DNA of 64,000 nt from a bacterium. Lineage in GTDB: Bacteria > Electryoneota > Electryoneia > Electryoneales > Electryoneaceae. Positions 60,505 through 64,000 of this stretch are shown here, piece by piece. Under the pieces are notes generated by a model. That model saw only the letters and a program-made list of their open reading frames with translations. It searched no databases and was not told the origin of the DNA. Positions within the stretch are counted from its first letter, which is position 1. Each line of letters opens with the position of its first letter. The stretch covers positions 3,520,001-3,584,000 of the forward strand of contig CAXXKJ010000002.1 in NCBI GenBank assembly GCA_963675295.2, given 5' to 3'. Made by a program: the position numbers and the translations under genes.

Positions 60505-61048
60505 ATAAACTACCCCGCAGCAAGCTACGGGGTATCGACTACTCACAGCTCAAGTCGACTTTGATGTAGCGGCTGGTAGTTAGCTTCTGTACCTTGGTTC
60601 ATAACGTATTTTCTGATTGTATTTTCGTCACCGTGCGGACCTACGGTGGATATATAATAACCTTTTGTCCAAAATTCCCCACCCCAGAGCTGCTTTTTAA
60701 CTTTGGGTTGTCGGATAAACATCTCTCGTGCTGTTATGCTCTTTATAGTTCGTACTAATTTTGTAGCACTCATGGTTGGCACGGATTGCACTAAGAAATG
60801 CACATGATCTCTATCTATTCCAATTTCTATAAATTCTATTTCATAACGTTTTTGGATTTCAAAGCAGATATCCTTTAATGTTAAATCTATCTCAGGTTCA
60901 TCAAATACAACACGACGGTATTTCGCTACACATACAAGATGGTATAGCAATATCGATACGTTGTGTTGTTTTCGGATCAGCTCAGACATTCCACAAGAAA
61001 CCAACTGCAGCTGGCCGAAGCAAGCTTCGGGGCATCAACCGCACTGGA
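60505..61048 (-). mobile_element. IS200/IS605-family element (TnpA only)
   Basis: Low GC; subterminal hairpins CCGAAGC-tt-GCTTCGG (left) and ACCCCGTAGC-tt-GCTGCGGGGT (right); no target duplication; left boundary 61048 or 61033. Confidence 0.88.
60543..60989 (-). CDS. tnpA: IS200 Y1 transposase
   Basis: YHLV.V.KYRR; DHVH (HUH); KSITARE; LWGGEFW..GYY..TVG; KYV.NQ. Confidence 0.95.
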   Translation of the reverse strand: MSELIRKQHNVSILLYHLVCVAKYRRVVFDEPEIDLTLKDICFEIQKRYEIEFIEIGIDRDHVHFLVQSVPTMSATKLVRTIKSITAREMFIRQPKVKKQLWGGEFWTKGYYISTVGPHGDENTIRKYVMNQGTEANYQPLHQSRLEL

Positions 61049-61505
61049 GTGAATTCGATACTCGGGATAGCCAAGATTTTCCAACCAACCGACTGAAATC
61101 ACATCTGGAGTCGAACCAAGGATCCAGCCATTGAAGATGTAATCCTGGTCGCCGTCTGAGTCTAAATCAGTCATTGCCGACCGGTAAAAATAGGCGGAAT
61201 CCGAGATCTCGTCGTCGTGGTGAAGAACCCAGTCTTCCGGTAACGTGTTCTCCACGATACGGAAATGGGAGCGAAGTATGATGGGATCAAGGTCGCCATC
61301 GAAGTCGACGTCATCCATCCCAAGATAGCCGCCGCTGGCACTCATAGCACCAGTCGGCAACTCATGTCGCTCCCACTGGGCATGGGATGGCAGGGACAGC
61401 AACAGTGTGATCAGCAGGATGAGGGGAAGTGTGAGCAGAAAGCGTGTCATTGTGGACCTCAATGGAACCGTGATGGGTCAATATACGACGGGAGAGTGGG
61501 CGCTG

Positions 61506-61836
61506 GTGCCCGTGATTGTCCGTCACGTGTGTTTGTGACGGCTATCGCGGGTCATCCGAGGGTGGATCAACCCGTCCATCAGAGGCACGTGAGAGCTTCG
61601 GATCAGCCCTGTGAACCGCGCGCACAGACGCGCGAGTCACAGGGGCATTCACTTGCGGATGATCCGCGGTAGCGAACAGAAGCTCCCGCGGTCATTGGTG
61701 CTGCACACGGTCATTCAACGGTTGATGATCCACGACATGAATGTCGTGGGCATCAGGCGGGGACACTTTGGGGACAATGTGTCCCCCGTATTTATCCAGC
61801 TCCCGTTCGTCCGCGTTTGCAAGCAAACACGGGCAC
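61506..61836. repeat. REP-like hairpin zone
   Basis: GTGC...GCAC unit 61506-61588 with GGGTCATCC..GGTGGATCA.CCC spacer shared with the 48416 unit; REP-B at 61811-61836. Confidence 0.7.
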
Positions 61837-61843
61837 TTCTTTT

Positions 61844-61881
61844 CCTCACACCTCACACCTCAAACCTCACACCTCATACCT
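61844..61881 (-). repeat. GGTGTGA-type heptamer array after SRPBCC stop
   Basis: Plus strand cctcaca cctcaca cctcaaa cctcaca cctcata. Confidence 0.8.
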
Positions 61882-61882
61882 G

Positions 61883-62461
61883 TCAATCATCCAGGCTCCC
61901 TTCCATGTACGGTTTGAGGCGTTCGTGGAGGAAGTGATGCCAGACGCCGTCGACGATACCGGCCAGCTCTTCGTCGATCTGGCCGACGATGTGTGCCTCG
62001 ACGGTGACGCGTGTGCTGTCCGATGTCGCGTCGCCGGACGCTCCGGGCTCGACCTCTTCCCCATCGGCGCTGACCGAAGTGAAGGTGATTGTGCTGACCA
62101 TATCCACCGCGAGGCCGCTGAGGCCGAACGGGCCGTGCAGGCGCAGCAGTTTGCCGGGCATGGCCATGATGACGCGGGCGTGTTCAACGGTCCCCTGCCC
62201 GTTGGACATTTTCTCGTAGAATTGGCCGCCGGCGTACGGGTCAATGCGGAGCACGTCCGGGTTTTCCGACATCGAATGGTCCCACCAGGGGCGGATGTCG
62301 CCGGTGAAGGTGGTGAACGCGTCCATCGGGGTGCCCGGGACGGTCACGGTTTGCGTGATGGTGAAGCCGTTGATCTCGAACGTTTCGGTTTTGGCGTAAG
62401 CGGTGGTAACGGCGGCGATTGCCAGCAGGACAAGGACGACGGCGGAACGTTTGTTTTTCAC
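61883..62461 (-). CDS. Secreted SRPBCC/AHSA1-like protein
   Basis: GTG start with GAGGAG; signal peptide; 'P..AF..FT.DI..WW...IDP.AGG.FYE...V....PG..L.L.G'. Confidence 0.8.
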   Translation of the reverse strand: MKNKRSAVVLVLLAIAAVTTAYAKTETFEINGFTITQTVTVPGTPMDAFTTFTGDIRPWWDHSMSENPDVLRIDPYAGGQFYEKMSNGQGTVEHARVIMAMPGKLLRLHGPFGLSGLAVDMVSTITFTSVSADGEEVEPGASGDATSDSTRVTVEAHIVGQIDEELAGIVDGVWHHFLHERLKPYMEGSLDD

Positions 62462-62677
62462 GGGGATCTCCTCTCGTGGTCGAGTTGAAGGGAAAATAGG
62501 GGGTGAACCGGAGCATCGCGAGATGTAGTTTCATGCCTCGTGGAAAAAATCGTGCAGTGACCCCTGTCACTGGTTTTTCAGACTTTCGGTCTTTACTTCC
62601 CTCTTCCGATCCATCAATTTTTCACGGGAAGAGGCATGCAACCCTTTGCGATAGACACTGTACTTCGGATAGCCGCT

Positions 62678-63580
62678 ATGACAGGCACAAATCCTGATCC
62701 CCAGGTACAAGAGAACATCGATATCAACCCGGCGTGCGAGGTGTCGTTAAACACGCTCGCCGATTTGTTCACCCGCAGTTATACGAACTATTTCGTGCCG
62801 ATCGAAATGGACGCCAGCAGCCTGTCGTGGTTGCTGTCGACGCAGACCATCGACCTCGCGTCCAGCGTGGTGCTGGATGTGGACGGCGTGCTCGCCGGGT
62901 TCACCTTCATCTCGGTGCGCGGGCTGAGCCAGCGTGTCGCGGCGATGGGCGTGCTGCCCGAATTTCGCGGCCGCGGCTTCGGACAGAAGATGCTGAAGCA
63001 ATGCATCGAAAACGCGCGTGAGGTGGGTGTTCACAAGATCGTGCTCGAGGTGATTGACCAGAACGCGCACGCGTTGGCGATCTATCGTCAGCTTGGGTTT
63101 GAGGTCCGGCGGCAGTTGGTTGGTTATCAGCACGCTCCGGCGACGGCTGACCGCAGCTTCGACGATGAGCTGCACGAAATCGACCCGCGCGAAGTGGCGA
63201 AAGCGGCGGTGCATGAGGGAGTTGGCAAGTTGCCGTGGCAGATTTCGGCGGAAAGCTGGTATGCCACACGTCCCCCGAGCCGCGCGTACACGTTGGAACG
63301 GTCGGTTTACGCGATTGTCAGCCAGGTTACGGAAACGTCCGCTCGCCTGAATGCGATACTTGTGCCTCGCACGAAACGCCGGAAGGGTTGGGGCCGTCGT
63401 ATGCTTAGCGCGCTGTACCGCGAGTATCCGAATCGCGAGTGGTTGATTCCGGCGGTGATTCCGGAAGATGTCGGCAGCGATTTCTTCCTCGCGAACGGGT
63501 TCCAGCGCCACGAGATCCGCCAATACGAAATGGTGCTCCGGCTGGATGAAGCCAGTACACGATACCCCTACGAAGCCTGA
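62678..63580 (+). CDS. Tandem-domain GNAT N-acetyltransferase
   Basis: MGVLPEFRGRGFG; LEVI.QN..A..IY..LGF; second V...RRKGWG motif; alternative start 62636. Confidence 0.88.
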   Translation: MTGTNPDPQVQENIDINPACEVSLNTLADLFTRSYTNYFVPIEMDASSLSWLLSTQTIDLASSVVLDVDGVLAGFTFISVRGLSQRVAAMGVLPEFRGRGFGQKMLKQCIENAREVGVHKIVLEVIDQNAHALAIYRQLGFEVRRQLVGYQHAPATADRSFDDELHEIDPREVAKAAVHEGVGKLPWQISAESWYATRPPSRAYTLERSVYAIVSQVTETSARLNAILVPRTKRRKGWGRRMLSALYREYPNREWLIPAVIPEDVGSDFFLANGFQRHEIRQYEMVLRLDEASTRYPYEA

Positions 63581-64000
63581 CGGCACGTTGCCGTTGTTAC
63601 GAGTCCGCAACCTCGTCCGTCGCTACTCCAGTGGCGCGAACGAGGTTGTTGCGCTCAGTGAGCTCACGGTCGATCTGCATCGCGGCCACAGTCTGGCACT
63701 GGTCGGACGGTCCGGTTCGGGCAAATCCACGTTGCTAAACCTGCTCGCAGGGTTGGACCGTCCCAGCTCCGGTTCGATTGAAGTCAATGGACGCGACCTC
63801 GCCAGTCTCAACCGTAAGGAGCTGGCGGCGTACCGGGCGTCCGAGGTCGGGATCATTTTCCAGGCGTTTCAGCTGATTCCGCACCGGACGGCGTTGCAGA
63901 ATGTCGAACTCGGGCTGGCGTTTCTCGGCAACGGCCGTTCGGAACGAACCGACCGTGCGAAAGCGGTGCTGGACCGTGTCGGCCTCGGCGACCGCATCCA
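63546..64000 (+). CDS. ABC transporter ATP-binding protein (LolD/MacB-like), truncated by window end
   Basis: Translated by hand: GRSGSGKSTLLNLLAGLDRPSSG...GIIFQAFQLIP..TALQNVEL; start 63546 or TTG 63588. Confidence 0.88.
   Translation, partial: MKPVHDTPTKPDGTLPLLRVRNLVRRYSSGANEVVALSELTVDLHRGHSLALVGRSGSGKSTLLNLLAGLDRPSSGSIEVNGRDLASLNRKELAAYRASEVGIIFQAFQLIPHRTALQNVELGLAFLGNGRSERTDRAKAVLDRVGLGDRI

Larger units (their letters stand above)
59443..61450 (-). pseudogene. FG-GAP secreted protein with shared Ig-like domain, interrupted by an IS200-type element
   Basis: N-part MTRFLLTL...WLENLGYPEYRIH (61450-61049); C-part FITHVENIGTIHPGDLDNDGD...SFSKE (60504-59443); frames join on removal of the IS. 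Confidence 0.85.

Overview
GC-rich (~60%) bacterial chromosome segment, probably from an FCB-group diderm. This is inferred from seven secreted proteins ending in a PNPFNP-type C-terminal sorting domain, a GWxTD protein and a four-helix-bundle gene. Housekeeping and metabolic genes (acnA, smc, xth, buk-iorA-iorB, a Des-type desaturase, a class I/II aminotransferase, GT2, a BadF-type sugar kinase, two TagB/TagF-like transferases, radical SAM, SDR, GNAT, ABC ATPases) are interspersed with a family of modular surface proteins (FG-GAP, LVIVD and other beta-rich cargo, usually a shared Ig-like domain, then the sorting domain). One family member is split by an IS200-type element whose removal restores the reading frame. 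The most unusual signal is non-coding. Many gene junctions carry polarised 7-nt tandem arrays: they follow stop codons directly, and a distinct GACNARA class sits directly before start codons. At one junction, two near-complementary arrays bracket a four-helix-bundle (23S rRNA-IVP/Avd-fold) gene. The same junctions hold a mosaic of REP-like hairpins with a GTGC foot. Also notable are AT-rich islands inside intact surface-protein ORFs and a candidate 6S-like RNA between smc and an FmdB gene. No rRNA, tRNA, CRISPR array or reverse transcriptase was seen. All calls are by eye and none were database-verified.
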